A DNA stretch of 64,000 nt from Candidatus Marinacidobacterales bacterium (GTDB lineage: Bacteria > Acidobacteriota > Vicinamibacteria > Marinacidobacterales > SMYC01), in NCBI GenBank assembly GCA_965224085.1, contig CBDCYI010000005.1, positions 1,248,001 to 1,312,000 on the forward strand, written 5' to 3'. Under the pieces are notes generated by a model. The model made no database searches. It had not been told where the DNA came from and saw nothing but the letters and a program-made list of their open reading frames with translations. Position 1 is the first letter of the stretch. Each line of letters begins with the position of its first letter. This document shows positions 18,060-28,555 of this stretch, piece by piece. A program made the position numbers and the translations under genes.

Positions 18060-20029
18060 GGCGTGGACGTCACCCGTTTCATCTTTTGAGCGACTTTGTC
18101 CTTTTCGACCTCGTCGTCATCTTGTTCGAGGGCTTTCTGCCAGTATTGGGCCGCCTGGTCCGGATTGCCTTTTTTCAAATAAAGATCCCCGAGATGATCG
18201 AAGACGACCCCGGTGAGACGAAGGCTGTCGATCGCTTTCAAGAGGTTTTCTTCGGCGAGCTCCAGGTTTCCAAGCTTGAAGTAGGCCCAACCCAGACTGT
18301 CGAGATAAGCGCCGTTATGCGGATCTTGCGCTAGCGCGCGCTTGATGAGAACGATCGATTCATCGAGACGTCGGTTTTGATCCGCCAACATGTAGCCGAG
18401 ATAGTTGAGCGCAGCGGCGCTATCGGGCTCTATCTCGAGCACGGCCTCGAACGCGGCCTCCGCCTCGTCGAATTTCTTTTGACGCTCGAGGATCGCACCC
18501 AGCTGAAACCGAAGCGCGACACTCTCGGGAGCATGCTCGAGCTTGCCGCGGAGGAACGTCTCGGCGTCGGCAAAGCGTTTCTGCTGTCGATAGATCTCGA
18601 CGACGCTTTGCGCGAACATTTCGTTTTTGGGCTCGCGCTCGGAAAGCTCGAGCGCGGCCGCGACCGCAGCTTCGTGCTCGCCCTGCGCCTCGAGCGCCCG
18701 CGCCTTTAGAACCTCGAAGCGCTCGCTTTCCGGAAAGCGCTCGCGCGCTTCTTCGATGGCCGCCATCGCCTCGTCGCCCTCTTCGGCCGCGAGAAGACCT
18801 TGGATATAGAACGTCAGAAAACGCTCGTCTCCACCGGACAGGTCGCGCGCCTTGCGAAAGGCTTCGATGGATTCTTCGCTGCGGTCGAGCTGCTCATAGG
18901 CGAAACCAAGATGCGCCATATATTCCGCCTTGCGCGCGACGGCACCTTGGTTCTGGTCATTCCCGTCTGGCTGGTCTGGCCGGTCTGGCTCGTCTGGGGC
19001 CTCGAGCAGCTTCATCCACGCGTCGATCGCGTTCTGATATTCACGCTTCTGCTCATAGACACCGGCGAGCGTGTAGCGCGCGAGCACGTGATTCGGCTCC
19101 TGAGCGAGAGCCTGGAGGAGCAGCTCTTCCGCGCTCGCGAAATCGATCTGGTCTCGCCGCACCATGGCGAGGCCGACGAGCACGACGACGTTTTTCGGAT
19201 CCTCATGGAGAATCGTTTGAAATTCCTTGGCCGCTTCGTCCAACTGACCTCCATTGGCAAGCGCATCGGCCAATCGGACGCGCGCGTCGAGGTCTGCGGG
19301 GGCCTCTTCTAAAGCACCTTTGTACACATCGGCCATTTCGTCGAAACGCTGCTCGGCCCGAAGAAGCTCCACAAGCATTTCGCGAGCTTCGGGTTGCCCC
19401 GGCTCGACACCGAGCGACTGCTTCAACAGACCGATAGCGGCCGCGGTGTCACCCTGGCCTCGCTTGATCCTCGCGAGAAGGAACATCTCGTGATACGAGC
19501 TCGGGGCGAAGCGGACGATCTCTTCGAGATGCTCGGCCGCTTCGTCGGGTAGCCGGCTGGCGAGAAGCAAGCGCGCGAGATTGCTCCGGCTCTCCAAGTC
19601 TCCGGGGTCGAGACGCACGGTCTCGCGGAAAGCGTCGACCGCTTGGGGCGCAAGGTCGGGCGAGCCGCCATTGCGCAACATCGCGAAATAGAGCGTGCCG
19701 AGAATGCGTTGCGCCGCCGCCACGTTGGGGTCGAGCTCGATCGCGTGTTTCACCGTCTCGAGCGCCATGTCGAGCTGTCGCATGCGCTGGTAGAGACTCG
19801 CCAGGGCAACGTGCGGATAGGCGGATTCCGGATCGAGACGCGCGGCCTCCTCGTAGCTCCCGATGGCCTGAGTGGCCTCCGCCTGCCTCTCATGCATGCG
19901 TGCGATGCAGTAGTAGTAATAGGCTTCGGCCTTCGCATCAATCTCAACAGCCGGCTCGGTGTCCTGCGCGGTCGCGAATGGAGCGAGGGTCGAGGTCCCA
20001 GCGAGAGCCACAACCAAAAGTACCTTCAC
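18056..20029 (-). CDS. Exported TPR-repeat protein
   Basis: Signal peptide; many TPRs; ALNYLGYMLA...AYLDSLGWAYFKLG...DHLGD. Confidence 0.9.
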   Translation of the reverse strand: MKVLLVVALAGTSTLAPFATAQDTEPAVEIDAKAEAYYYYCIARMHERQAEATQAIGSYEEAARLDPESAYPHVALASLYQRMRQLDMALETVKHAIELDPNVAAAQRILGTLYFAMLRNGGSPDLAPQAVDAFRETVRLDPGDLESRSNLARLLLASRLPDEAAEHLEEIVRFAPSSYHEMFLLARIKRGQGDTAAAIGLLKQSLGVEPGQPEAREMLVELLRAEQRFDEMADVYKGALEEAPADLDARVRLADALANGGQLDEAAKEFQTILHEDPKNVVVLVGLAMVRRDQIDFASAEELLLQALAQEPNHVLARYTLAGVYEQKREYQNAIDAWMKLLEAPDEPDRPDQPDGNDQNQGAVARKAEYMAHLGFAYEQLDRSEESIEAFRKARDLSGGDERFLTFYIQGLLAAEEGDEAMAAIEEARERFPESERFEVLKARALEAQGEHEAAVAAALELSEREPKNEMFAQSVVEIYRQQKRFADAETFLRGKLEHAPESVALRFQLGAILERQKKFDEAEAAFEAVLEIEPDSAAALNYLGYMLADQNRRLDESIVLIKRALAQDPHNGAYLDSLGWAYFKLGNLELAEENLLKAIDSLRLTGVVFDHLGDLYLKKGNPDQAAQYWQKALEQDDDEVEKDKVAQKMKRVTSTP

Positions 20030-20157
20030 AAAGACGATTATACCGCAGCGAAAGCCAAGATGGCGGTCCGCCTACGCCCTCGGGCTACGGCGAGGCTGCG
20101 CCGGCTCGCGCCGGCTGAAATGTACTTCTTTCAGCAGCCTGCTAAACTCACGACCGA

Positions 20158-21423
20158 ATGTCCGTCGAAGCGAGCAGTTGGGCGCCACCACGTCCGTGGT
20201 CCGGCACCCCGGGTCGTGAAGCCGGCTTTCTCTATGGCATCGCGTTCTGGCTCGCGTTGATTCAAGTCTCGATCGCGGCCTCCCAGCTCGTTCTAGCGGT
20301 GCTTTTTTGCATCTGGGTCTATCGCGTTGCGCGCGGCGAGCTCGCCTTTCCATCGCTGCCGGTGAACAAACCCTTAGCCCTTTACGCTTTGTTGAGCTTC
20401 GCTGCGGCACTCGTGTCGTTCGATCCTGCGGTGAGCGTTCAGGCGAGCAAGAAGCTCTTGCTTTTGATGGTGCCGTTAATGCTCGTGAGCTCGGTGCGCA
20501 GCACACGGAGCGTCGAGACACTCGTGCTGGTCCTGATCCTCATGGCCGATATCGGCGCCCTCGTTGGTCTTTGGCAGTACCGCTTCGGCGAGCTCGGCGA
20601 CCTCGACCACCGCATCCGCGGTTTCATGGGGCACTACATGACTTATTCGGGGCTGCTCATGGGGGTGGGAATCTTCGCCATGGCAGGGCTAATGTTCCGC
20701 GGCCATCATCGTGGCTTTTTTTTAGGGAGCGTCGCCGTTATCGGCCTCGCGCTGCTACTCACGTTGACGCGCAGTGCCTGGCTCGGGATGCTCGGCGCTG
20801 CACTCACGCTAGCCTTTCTGAGGGATCGAAGGCTCCTGCTCCTCGCTCCGATTCTCGCCCTTTTGGCCATCGTGGTGCTGCCGCACAGCGTGGAGCAACG
20901 ACTCGGCTCTTTTCTGGCCCCGGATACATCGGGTATGGATCGACTCTACATGCTCGAATCGGGCGCGCAAATGGTGGCAAACCACCCTTGGCTCGGGGTC
21001 GGACCGAACATGGTCGTGGATGTCTACCCCATTTACCGCATGCCCCTGGCACCCCTGCGAAACAACCCGCACCTTCACAACAACATCGCACAGATCGCCG
21101 CGGAGCGAGGACTCCCCTGCCTGCTCGCCTGGCTGTCTCTTATCGTCGTCGCCTTCGTCGCGAGCGCGCGCGCCTTCAAGCGCGCGCGGCATGATCCGCG
21201 AGCGCGCTCTCTCGCCGCCGGGGCGATGGGGATGATGCTCGCCGGTTTTCTCGCCGGGCAATTCGAGTACAACTTCGGAGACTCCGAATTCCAAATGCTG
21301 TTTCTCTTCGCCATGACGGTGCCATGGATGCTCGGGCCAAACGCCAAGCCAAACGCCAAGCCAAACGCCAAGCCAAACGCCAAGCCAAACGCCAAGGATG
21401 ACCAAACGGATCGTGTGTCATGA
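20158..21423 (+). CDS. O-antigen ligase (WaaL-like) family protein
   Basis: Multi-TM; LTLTRSAWLG, HPWLGVG, HLHNN. Confidence 0.88.
   Translation: MSVEASSWAPPRPWSGTPGREAGFLYGIAFWLALIQVSIAASQLVLAVLFCIWVYRVARGELAFPSLPVNKPLALYALLSFAAALVSFDPAVSVQASKKLLLLMVPLMLVSSVRSTRSVETLVLVLILMADIGALVGLWQYRFGELGDLDHRIRGFMGHYMTYSGLLMGVGIFAMAGLMFRGHHRGFFLGSVAVIGLALLLTLTRSAWLGMLGAALTLAFLRDRRLLLLAPILALLAIVVLPHSVEQRLGSFLAPDTSGMDRLYMLESGAQMVANHPWLGVGPNMVVDVYPIYRMPLAPLRNNPHLHNNIAQIAAERGLPCLLAWLSLIVVAFVASARAFKRARHDPRARSLAAGAMGMMLAGFLAGQFEYNFGDSEFQMLFLFAMTVPWMLGPNAKPNAKPNAKPNAKPNAKDDQTDRVS
21337..21396 (+). repeat. Perfect 12-bp tandem repeat x5 (CCAAACGCCAAG), encoding (PNAK)5
   Basis: Directly visible. Confidence 0.95.
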
Positions 21424-22400
21424 AGTCTGCAAACGAGCTCGACATCCAAGCTCTTCTCACCGCGACGCTCGACGCTCCGATTGCTGTCGTCGGCGATGTG
21501 ATGTTGGACAAATTCGTGTGGGGGAACGTTTCGCGCATTTCGCCCGAGGCGCCCGTTCCCGTCGTCGAGATCGACCGCGAGAGTTTTCATCTGGGAGGTG
21601 CGGCGAACGTAGCGCGCAACCTCGCGAGCCTCGGGATGCGGCCGCTGCTTCTCGGCGTCGTCGGCAAGGACGACGCCGCAAAAGAGCTCCGACAAACGCT
21701 CCGCGACCGCGGCTTGGCGGAAGAAGCCGTCCTCGAAGACGGCACGCGCCGAACGACAGTCAAGACCCGCATCATCGCCGCCAGCCAACAGGTCGTGCGC
21801 GCCGACTGGGAGTCCGCGGACGATTTGGCCGGTGACATCGAGGCTCGGACCCTCGACGCTCTCGCCGGTCTCGTGCGCGAGGCCCGCGCCGTCGTGCTTT
21901 CCGACTACGCGAAAGGCACGCTCACGCCGAAGATCATAGGACGCGCGATCGAGCTCGCGAAAGAGCGCGCCATCCCGATTCTCGTCGACCCGAAACTCCG
22001 GCGCTACCGGATGTATCGACGGGTGACGCTCGTGACGCCAAATCTGATCGAGGCCGAGCGTTTCGCCGGGCTGGTCGTACGGAGCGAATACGATCTCGGG
22101 CAGGCCGCGAGCTCGATCTTGAAAGAGCTGGGATGCGAGGCGGTTCTCATTACGCGCGGCGAGCAAGGGATGAGCCTGTTCGAGGCCGAGCGCCCGCCGC
22201 TACATATCCCGACCTTGGCCCACGAGGTCTTTGATGTCTCGGGTGCTGGAGACACCGTCATCGCCGCGGCCGCGCTGGCCCTCGCCGGAGGCGCCGAGCT
22301 CGCTCACGCCGCCGAGCTCGCCAATCGCGCCGCCGGCATCGCCGTCGGCAAACTAGGAACCGCAACCGTTCTGCCCGAGGAATTACTCGGTCTTCCGTGA
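21420..22400 (+). CDS. D-glycero-beta-D-manno-heptose-7-phosphate kinase (RfaE domain I / HldA)
   Basis: VGDVMLD...RISPEAPVPV...GGAANVA, SDYAKG, DVSGAGDTV; no adenylyltransferase domain. Confidence 0.93.
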   Translation: MKSANELDIQALLTATLDAPIAVVGDVMLDKFVWGNVSRISPEAPVPVVEIDRESFHLGGAANVARNLASLGMRPLLLGVVGKDDAAKELRQTLRDRGLAEEAVLEDGTRRTTVKTRIIAASQQVVRADWESADDLAGDIEARTLDALAGLVREARAVVLSDYAKGTLTPKIIGRAIELAKERAIPILVDPKLRRYRMYRRVTLVTPNLIEAERFAGLVVRSEYDLGQAASSILKELGCEAVLITRGEQGMSLFEAERPPLHIPTLAHEVFDVSGAGDTVIAAAALALAGGAELAHAAELANRAAGIAVGKLGTATVLPEELLGLP

Positions 22401-22462
22401 CGTTTTCCATTCGTCCAAAACGTGGGCGGAATGCGCGACTCTAGCCCCTGAGAGCCTAGATC

Positions 22463-24031
22463 CTAATGCCGAAAATGGCGCCGCCCAGTGAAAACCATCG
22501 CCACTTCTTTCTCGTTCGCGGCCCCGATCACTTCCTCGTCGCGGACGGATCCTCCGGGTTGCACGATCGCGACCACGCCGGCTTCGGCTAGCGCGTCGAC
22601 GCCGTCTCGGAACGGGAAGAACGCATCCGAGGCTGCGACCGATCCTTCCACCGCGCTCTCGGCTTTGTCGACCGCGATGCGCGAAGAGTCGACACGGCTC
22701 ATTTGACCCGCGCCCACGCCCACGAGCGCGTCGCCTTTGGCGAGCACGATGGCGTTCGACTTCACGTGTTTCGCCGCGATCCAGGCCAAGCGCAGCGCGC
22801 GCTCTTGTGATTCGGTCGGCGCGCGCTTGGTCACGACTTCGAAACGCTCCAGAGGCCCTTCTTGATCCCAGCTTTGAACGAGCAACCCACCGAGCACGCG
22901 GCAAGAATTGGAGCCTCGCCAAGCGCGGGCATCATCCTCGATCGCTATCAAGCGAAGATTCTTCTTCTTTGTGAGGATCGCGACCGCCTCTTCGTCGAAG
23001 CCGGGTGCCACAATCGCTTCGAGAAAGGTCGTTCTTAGCTCTTCGGCTGTCTTCGCGTCGACGTCGCGATTGAGCGCCACGATCCCGCCAAATGCCGAGA
23101 CAGGGTCGGTTGCGCGGGCACTCACATAGGCCTCGACAAGCGAATTGCGGATGGCGGCGCCCGCGGGGTTCGTGTGTTTGATGACGACGGCCGCGGCACG
23201 ATCCGCAGGAAGCTCGCGGGCGAGACGCCAGGCGGCGTCGAGGTCGAGAATATTGTTGTAGGAGAGCTCCTTGCCGTGGAGCTGGCGCGCGCCGGCCACC
23301 GCAATCGCGCGCGGGTCTGCGTCGCGGTAAAAAGCCGCGGCCTGGTGCGGGTTCTCTCCGTAGCGCAAGTCTTGCACCTTGTCGAAGCTCATCACGAGCC
23401 TGCTCGGGAAGCTCGAATCCTTCTCATCTTCCTCGACCGATAACGTGTCGGCTTCCGCGGACAAGCGCGCCAGGAACGAGGCAATGGCTTCTTCGTAGCA
23501 GGCACTCGCGCGAAAGGCCTTTTTGGCGAGATAGAGCCGCGTCTCGAGCTCAATGCCGTCATCGAGCTTCGATAACACGAGCGCGTAGTCGGCCGGGTCC
23601 GTCACCGAGAGCACGTCCTTGAAATTCTTCGCCGAGGCGCGCAGCATCGAAGGACCGCCAATGTCGATGTTCTCGAGAATTTCGTCGATGGGGCTCCCTT
23701 CAGCGACTTTGTTCTCGAACGGGTAGAAGTTTACCGCGACGATGTCGACTGGAAGGATGCCTTGACGGTCGAGCTCGTCCAGATCGCCCGAAAGGTGCCG
23801 CCTCGCGAGGATCCCGCCATGGATCGTAGGATGGAGAGTCTTCACCCGGCCTCCGAGAATCTCTGGAGAACCAGTGACTTCAGCGACACGCCTTACGGGA
23901 ACCGACGCCTTCTCGAGCACTTTGGCTGTGCCTCCGCTCGAGACAATTTCATAGCCGCGGTCCGCGAGACCGCGCGCAAACTCAGACAGACCAGCCTTAT
24001 CGGCCACGCTCAGGAGCGCACGTTTTCTCAT
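22463..24031 (-). CDS. purH: Bifunctional AICAR formyltransferase / IMP cyclohydrolase
   Basis: [37 protein letters not shown]. Confidence 0.99.
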   Translation of the reverse strand: MRKRALLSVADKAGLSEFARGLADRGYEIVSSGGTAKVLEKASVPVRRVAEVTGSPEILGGRVKTLHPTIHGGILARRHLSGDLDELDRQGILPVDIVAVNFYPFENKVAEGSPIDEILENIDIGGPSMLRASAKNFKDVLSVTDPADYALVLSKLDDGIELETRLYLAKKAFRASACYEEAIASFLARLSAEADTLSVEEDEKDSSFPSRLVMSFDKVQDLRYGENPHQAAAFYRDADPRAIAVAGARQLHGKELSYNNILDLDAAWRLARELPADRAAAVVIKHTNPAGAAIRNSLVEAYVSARATDPVSAFGGIVALNRDVDAKTAEELRTTFLEAIVAPGFDEEAVAILTKKKNLRLIAIEDDARAWRGSNSCRVLGGLLVQSWDQEGPLERFEVVTKRAPTESQERALRLAWIAAKHVKSNAIVLAKGDALVGVGAGQMSRVDSSRIAVDKAESAVEGSVAASDAFFPFRDGVDALAEAGVVAIVQPGGSVRDEEVIGAANEKEVAMVFTGRRHFRH

Positions 24032-24064
24032 GATGGCCGATTCTACTGCGGAGGGCCCCGCGGC

Positions 24065-24823
24065 TCAGGGCTTATTCGGGGCGAATCGGTATCCGGTGAA
24101 ATCGCCGTTCGCCTTAGCCCACGCAGAGAGCCACAGGTAAGAAGCCGCCGTCACGCCGCGTGAATAATTGAGCGATGTCTCCGCGTAGGGGACGGAGCGA
24201 AAATCGAAGCTTCGGGCCGACACAATCCGGCCGTCACGCCAAAAGGCCTTCGAGAGTGGCGTCACCGACGCGCTCGCCGCCGACGTCACTTCGACGAGAA
24301 GGCGCCCGATCGAGGCTCCTCCGAGAGGCGACGAGAGCGCTCCGTCATGGACGAGCGGGAACGTCGTCAAGTTGAGATCGACAAAGCGGTAGAGCTCGGG
24401 CGCCACCCGTTGTAGGTCGCGCCGGCCGGCCCCGAGGATCACGGGGTCTGCGAGATCGGCGGCAATGCGCAGCAAGCGCCCGAGCTCGTGGGCGGTGTCG
24501 TCGAACGAGTTGTGCCCAGAAACCATTCGCACGACCTGCTCGATCCGCGTCTCCACGTCTTTGACAAGATCCGCCGAGAGCCGACCGCGTACGCCGTCGC
24601 GCGCGAGCATGGACGCCGTTTTGCCCTCGAGGCTGCGAGCCCCGCGAAGGATGGCGGCTTCGCGCTTCAAGAGCACTCGGGAAAGCCGCGGCGGAAGAAG
24701 CCGCAGCGTGTCGTAGACCATGGCTCGGTACGCCTCTTTTGGCCACGCGTCCACGGGATGGCTACGCAAGAGAAAGATGGAGGCCACGACCAGCCAGAAC
24801 CGGACGAGCGGCTTCGCGCGCAT
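24065..24823 (-). CDS. Exported all-helical protein, possibly a degenerate phospholipase C/P1 nuclease fold
   Basis: Signal peptide ending VDA-W; LGRLLRIAADLADP resembles the LG..HY..D...P motif but lacks His. Confidence 0.45.
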   Translation of the reverse strand: MRAKPLVRFWLVVASIFLLRSHPVDAWPKEAYRAMVYDTLRLLPPRLSRVLLKREAAILRGARSLEGKTASMLARDGVRGRLSADLVKDVETRIEQVVRMVSGHNSFDDTAHELGRLLRIAADLADPVILGAGRRDLQRVAPELYRFVDLNLTTFPLVHDGALSSPLGGASIGRLLVEVTSAASASVTPLSKAFWRDGRIVSARSFDFRSVPYAETSLNYSRGVTAASYLWLSAWAKANGDFTGYRFAPNKP

Positions 24824-24831
24824 GAGTGATC

Positions 24832-25380
24832 TTACGTTTTCTTGCTTCTCGCGACCACGGAGACTTTGCCGTCCTTCAACGAAACGCCGAAGTTCACGTT
24901 TTGGATGCCGCGGCTCGAGCGAAGCTCGGCGGCCTGCTTCTTGAGCGCGTTTTTGAAACTGTCGTAGTTGAGCGTTTCCGTGGACTCGCCGGCTTGCCGT
25001 TTCGCCGTGACGTAGTTGTCGAACACTTTCTTATAAGGGTCGGCGCTCCCGCTTTCGCCACCCTGCGATCGCTGCGGAGACGCGACAACGCGCTTCGAGC
25101 GTTCCTCTCGTCCAGTCGGAAGCTTCCCCTCTTCTTTGAGACGCATCCGCCGATTCCACATTTCCATATAAGTGTTGAACTTCGCTTGATGCATCGAGAA
25201 GATCGTTTGCTCCGAGAGGTTCTTGGAAGGGTTGCGGCTGTACTGATTGACGATTCTTTCGCAGATTGATTGCGTGTTCAATGGCGGCGTGCGCAGCGCG
25301 CCCGAGAACCATTGCTCGTATTCGCGTTCGATATCCCTGAACTTTGTTTGGAACGTGGCCATGTCCTCTTTGAAACCCAT
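24832..25380 (-). CDS. Conserved protein, MXAN_5187 C-terminal-like domain
   Basis: YEQWFSG...PP, KFNTYMEMWNRRMR..EEG, V.F.VSLKDGKV; family recalled, not searched. Confidence 0.6.
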   Translation of the reverse strand: MGFKEDMATFQTKFRDIEREYEQWFSGALRTPPLNTQSICERIVNQYSRNPSKNLSEQTIFSMHQAKFNTYMEMWNRRMRLKEEGKLPTGREERSKRVVASPQRSQGGESGSADPYKKVFDNYVTAKRQAGESTETLNYDSFKNALKKQAAELRSSRGIQNVNFGVSLKDGKVSVVARSKKT

Positions 25381-25385
25381 ATCGT

Positions 25386-25826
25386 CTACATCTCCCGAGG
25401 ATCTTTGCGAAAAAACCATAGTAAAGGAAGCCATAGCTCGCGCCCATAGGGGACGCGTTTGCCGCGCACGAGGATCTCGCAGCTCGGATACTCGCTGACG
25501 ATACAAAAAAGGTCGTGAATGGCGTTGACTTCGTCAATCCCGAAAGTGGCAAAATGACGCACGTAGTTGCCGCTGCCTTCCGAGCGATAGCGTGTCGAAT
25601 TTTGCGCGATCGCGAGCGCCCGTTCATAAGCGCTTTGCGCCGCATCGGGATCGTCTCCCCCGGCAGGTGGCGGTCCGAAGACGACTGTCACGTGGAAAGA
25701 CTTGTCGGCACGCTCCGGGTAGAGAATCTCAATCATCTCGGGATCGAGATGAGAGACGTCCTCTTCGCCTCGACCGATGATCGCGGGCAGGCGTTCGATG
25801 AAGTTCTTCGGGCGTTCGTCCGACAT
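25386..25826 (-). CDS. Hypothetical protein
   Basis: Typical codon usage, SD GGAG, VPYGRELWLPLLWF tail. Confidence 0.7.
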   Translation of the reverse strand: MSDERPKNFIERLPAIIGRGEEDVSHLDPEMIEILYPERADKSFHVTVVFGPPPAGGDDPDAAQSAYERALAIAQNSTRYRSEGSGNYVRHFATFGIDEVNAIHDLFCIVSEYPSCEILVRGKRVPYGRELWLPLLWFFRKDPREM

Positions 25827-25925
25827 GGTCTCCAGATTGCTCAATGCGCGCTCGCGCGGGCTACAGTGTACTCTTCCACTAGCCCGCTTCAGCCATGCTA
25901 AAATCCTAGCGTTCAAGGTTCCAAG

Positions 25926-27344
25926 TTGTCAAAGAGACCCAGCCGCGCCTCCTCGCTCGACCGTCGCAAAACGCTCTTCAGGCGTGTGCCGAGCATCGAG
26001 CGAATTCTGTCGCGACCCGCGGTCGACTCTCTCGCGAAAGCGTTCGGCAGACAGGCGGTCACCGACGCCACCCGAGCTGTATGCGCCGAGCTTAAGAGCG
26101 CGGTCACGAAGGGCCTGACGGAAGAAGAGCTCGAAGTGAGGATCGCGGCGCTCGAGGAAGCCGTGGGCGAGAAGCTTCGCGAAGAAATTCGCGCGAGCCT
26201 GCGGCCCGCAGTCAACGCGACCGGAATCATCGTCCACACGAATCTAGGCCGCGCCCCTCTTTCGGACCGCGCCGTCGACGCTATCTCCGAGATCGCTCGC
26301 GGATATACGAACCTCGAGCTCGATCTCGAAACCGGGAAGCGCGGAAGCCGTCACGAACACGCTGCACACTTGTTGTCTCGTTTGTTTCCAGGTAAGAGCG
26401 CGCTCGTCGTCAACAATGCCGCCGCCGCGGTCATGCTGAGCCTGAACACGTTCGCCGTCGGCAAAGAGGTCGTCATCTCCCGCGGCGAGCTCGTCGAGAT
26501 CGGTGGTTCGTTTCGCGTGCCCGATATTCTCGCGCGGAGCGGCGCGCGTCTTCGCGAGGTCGGCACAACGAATAAGACGCGCATCGCCGATTACGAGCAA
26601 GCGATTGGTCCCGAGACCGGAGTGCTCTTGAGAGTGCACCCTTCGAATTTTCGTATCGTCGGCTTCACCGAGTCCGCCTCCACCGAGGAGCTCGCCGAAC
26701 TCGGTCGAGAGCGCGGCCTCATCGTCATCGAAGATTTCGGCAGCGGCAACCTTCTTTCACTCGCACCTTTCTCGCTTTCGCACGAGCCCACCGTCGCGCA
26801 GAGCCTCGCGAGCGGCATCCATCTCTCGATCTTTTCGGGAGACAAGTTGCTCGGAGGGCCGCAAGCCGGCATTCTCGTCGGCGAGAAAGCCGCGATCGAA
26901 ACGTGCCGCAAGAATCCGATGGCGCGCGCGCTCCGCGTCGACAAGCTCACCTATGCCGCGCTCGAGGCGACCCTTCTTTCCTTCGTGGAGGGGAAAGCCA
27001 CCAAAGAGATCCCCGTGCTTCGCATGTTGTCGGCGCCGAGTGAAGCGATACGGGAACGCTCGGAAAAGTTCATCGCCTCGCTCGGAGACACGGGCCAGCT
27101 CGAGCTCGCAATCGAAGCCACCACGTCACGCATCGGCGGGGGTGCGGCAGTCGACGCCAAGATCGCAAGCTATGCGATCACGATCGTGGATCCTTCGACG
27201 CCAGCGCAGAGGATCGTGACCACCCTTCGCGCCCATCAGCCTCCCGTGATCGCGCGAATTGTCGACGGCCGCGTACTCATCGATCTACGTACCGTCGCCG
27301 AGCAGGACGAGAACGCTCTGCGAGCCGCAATCGCGAGCATCTGA
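25926..27344 (+). CDS. selA: L-seryl-tRNA(Sec) selenium transferase
   Basis: VNATGIIVHTNLGRA, VNNAAAA, ELVEIGGSFR, FSGDKLLGGPQAG. Confidence 0.97.
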   Translation: MSKRPSRASSLDRRKTLFRRVPSIERILSRPAVDSLAKAFGRQAVTDATRAVCAELKSAVTKGLTEEELEVRIAALEEAVGEKLREEIRASLRPAVNATGIIVHTNLGRAPLSDRAVDAISEIARGYTNLELDLETGKRGSRHEHAAHLLSRLFPGKSALVVNNAAAAVMLSLNTFAVGKEVVISRGELVEIGGSFRVPDILARSGARLREVGTTNKTRIADYEQAIGPETGVLLRVHPSNFRIVGFTESASTEELAELGRERGLIVIEDFGSGNLLSLAPFSLSHEPTVAQSLASGIHLSIFSGDKLLGGPQAGILVGEKAAIETCRKNPMARALRVDKLTYAALEATLLSFVEGKATKEIPVLRMLSAPSEAIRERSEKFIASLGDTGQLELAIEATTSRIGGGAAVDAKIASYAITIVDPSTPAQRIVTTLRAHQPPVIARIVDGRVLIDLRTVAEQDENALRAAIASI

Positions 27345-27409
27345 ATCAGCATTCAAGTGTCAGCATGCAGGACCGCGCTACGACGCGCCTGCTGAATCCT
27401 GAATCCTGA

Positions 27410-28555
27410 CTAGAAAAGACCGGTGGCGGCGCGGGACGCTAAGCCGTAAAGCAGGTTCGCGAAAGGGCCGAGCGCGAGTGCGACGGCGAGCGCCGCGACC
27501 GCGGCGGGCCACGCCTTTCCCTCTTCCGACACCGTCACGCGTGCGATGAGACGCGCGCAGCCGATCCCGACTAGGAAAGTGCTGAGCAGAGCGGCAACGG
27601 TCGCTTCGACCGACAGCGTCGCGAGAAGAGGAAACTTCGTCACGAAGCCTGCAAATGGCGGCAACGACGCGAGCGACAAGGCGAGGATCCAAATAGCGGG
27701 AACGGAACGGCTTTTCTCTCCCGAAACGAGGGAAGCCAAGAGCAGGATGGCTAGCGTCGATGCGGCGAGATGCAGGAGGACGTGGGGGAGCGAAGCTGCT
27801 CCCATCATGGTTCCCAGAATGGCGAGGCCGATCTGCGCAACACCGATCCACGCAAGACACGGCCGCGTGCGCCCCGCGAAGGCGGCACCGAGCCCTCCAA
27901 TCGTCATGCCACCCCACGCCAAGACCGCCCCAAGACCCAACCCGACGGATGGAAGCTCGGGCGACCAAGACACGAGGTGCACCCAATAAGCCACGAGTGC
28001 TACCCCCATTGCCAGCGTTTCGAAACGAGGCTCCGCGCTCGCGGCGAGCCATTTGAGAACGAGCCCGCAGGAGAAAAGCAGGAGACCCATTACGGCCCAT
28101 GGCGACGGCTCGAGAAAAGCCAAATCGGTTCCGCCCATGACGGCGAGGAGCAAAAGACCGGAGATCGAAGTGGCCGAGGCCACGAGGGACAGCGTTCGCG
28201 GCCCCATGTACGCGGGCGACGCCGCTTCGAAACCGACAAAGATCCAGACGACGTTCCGAGTCGAGATGGCGAGTACGAGCGCGGCGGCGGTCCCAAGACG
28301 TCGCGAGCGCGAGGAGGAAGCGTCGACGACCCAGGCGACGGCGAGCTCGACGAGGATCAAACCGGTCAAGAAGAGGCTGAACGGATCGCCATCGAACGTA
28401 CCCGAGCTTCCCCACCGCGCGGCGCGCGCGAGCCAAACCACCGCGGCGAGCGCGGCGCCTGTGGCGACGAGGCCCACACGCGTGCCGCCTCGGTGCTCCG
28501 TCCAAAGAGCACCCAACAGCAGTATCACCGCGGGCGTCGCAGCCACGAGCGTCAC
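27410..28555 (-). CDS. Shortened NuoN-like antiporter-family membrane protein
   Basis: FVGFEAAS, GLVLKW, SLPPFAGFVTKF; 381 aa. Confidence 0.7.
   Translation of the reverse strand: MTLVAATPAVILLLGALWTEHRGGTRVGLVATGAALAAVVWLARAARWGSSGTFDGDPFSLFLTGLILVELAVAWVVDASSSRSRRLGTAAALVLAISTRNVVWIFVGFEAASPAYMGPRTLSLVASATSISGLLLLAVMGGTDLAFLEPSPWAVMGLLLFSCGLVLKWLAASAEPRFETLAMGVALVAYWVHLVSWSPELPSVGLGLGAVLAWGGMTIGGLGAAFAGRTRPCLAWIGVAQIGLAILGTMMGAASLPHVLLHLAASTLAILLLASLVSGEKSRSVPAIWILALSLASLPPFAGFVTKFPLLATLSVEATVAALLSTFLVGIGCARLIARVTVSEEGKAWPAAVAALAVALALGPFANLLYGLASRAATGLF

Noticed and set aside
25926-27410. selB/selC/selD or selenoprotein genes near selA
   Set aside because: No tRNA-Sec, SelB or SelD seen, and I noticed no in-frame TGA at a conserved Cys position (not exhaustively scanned)
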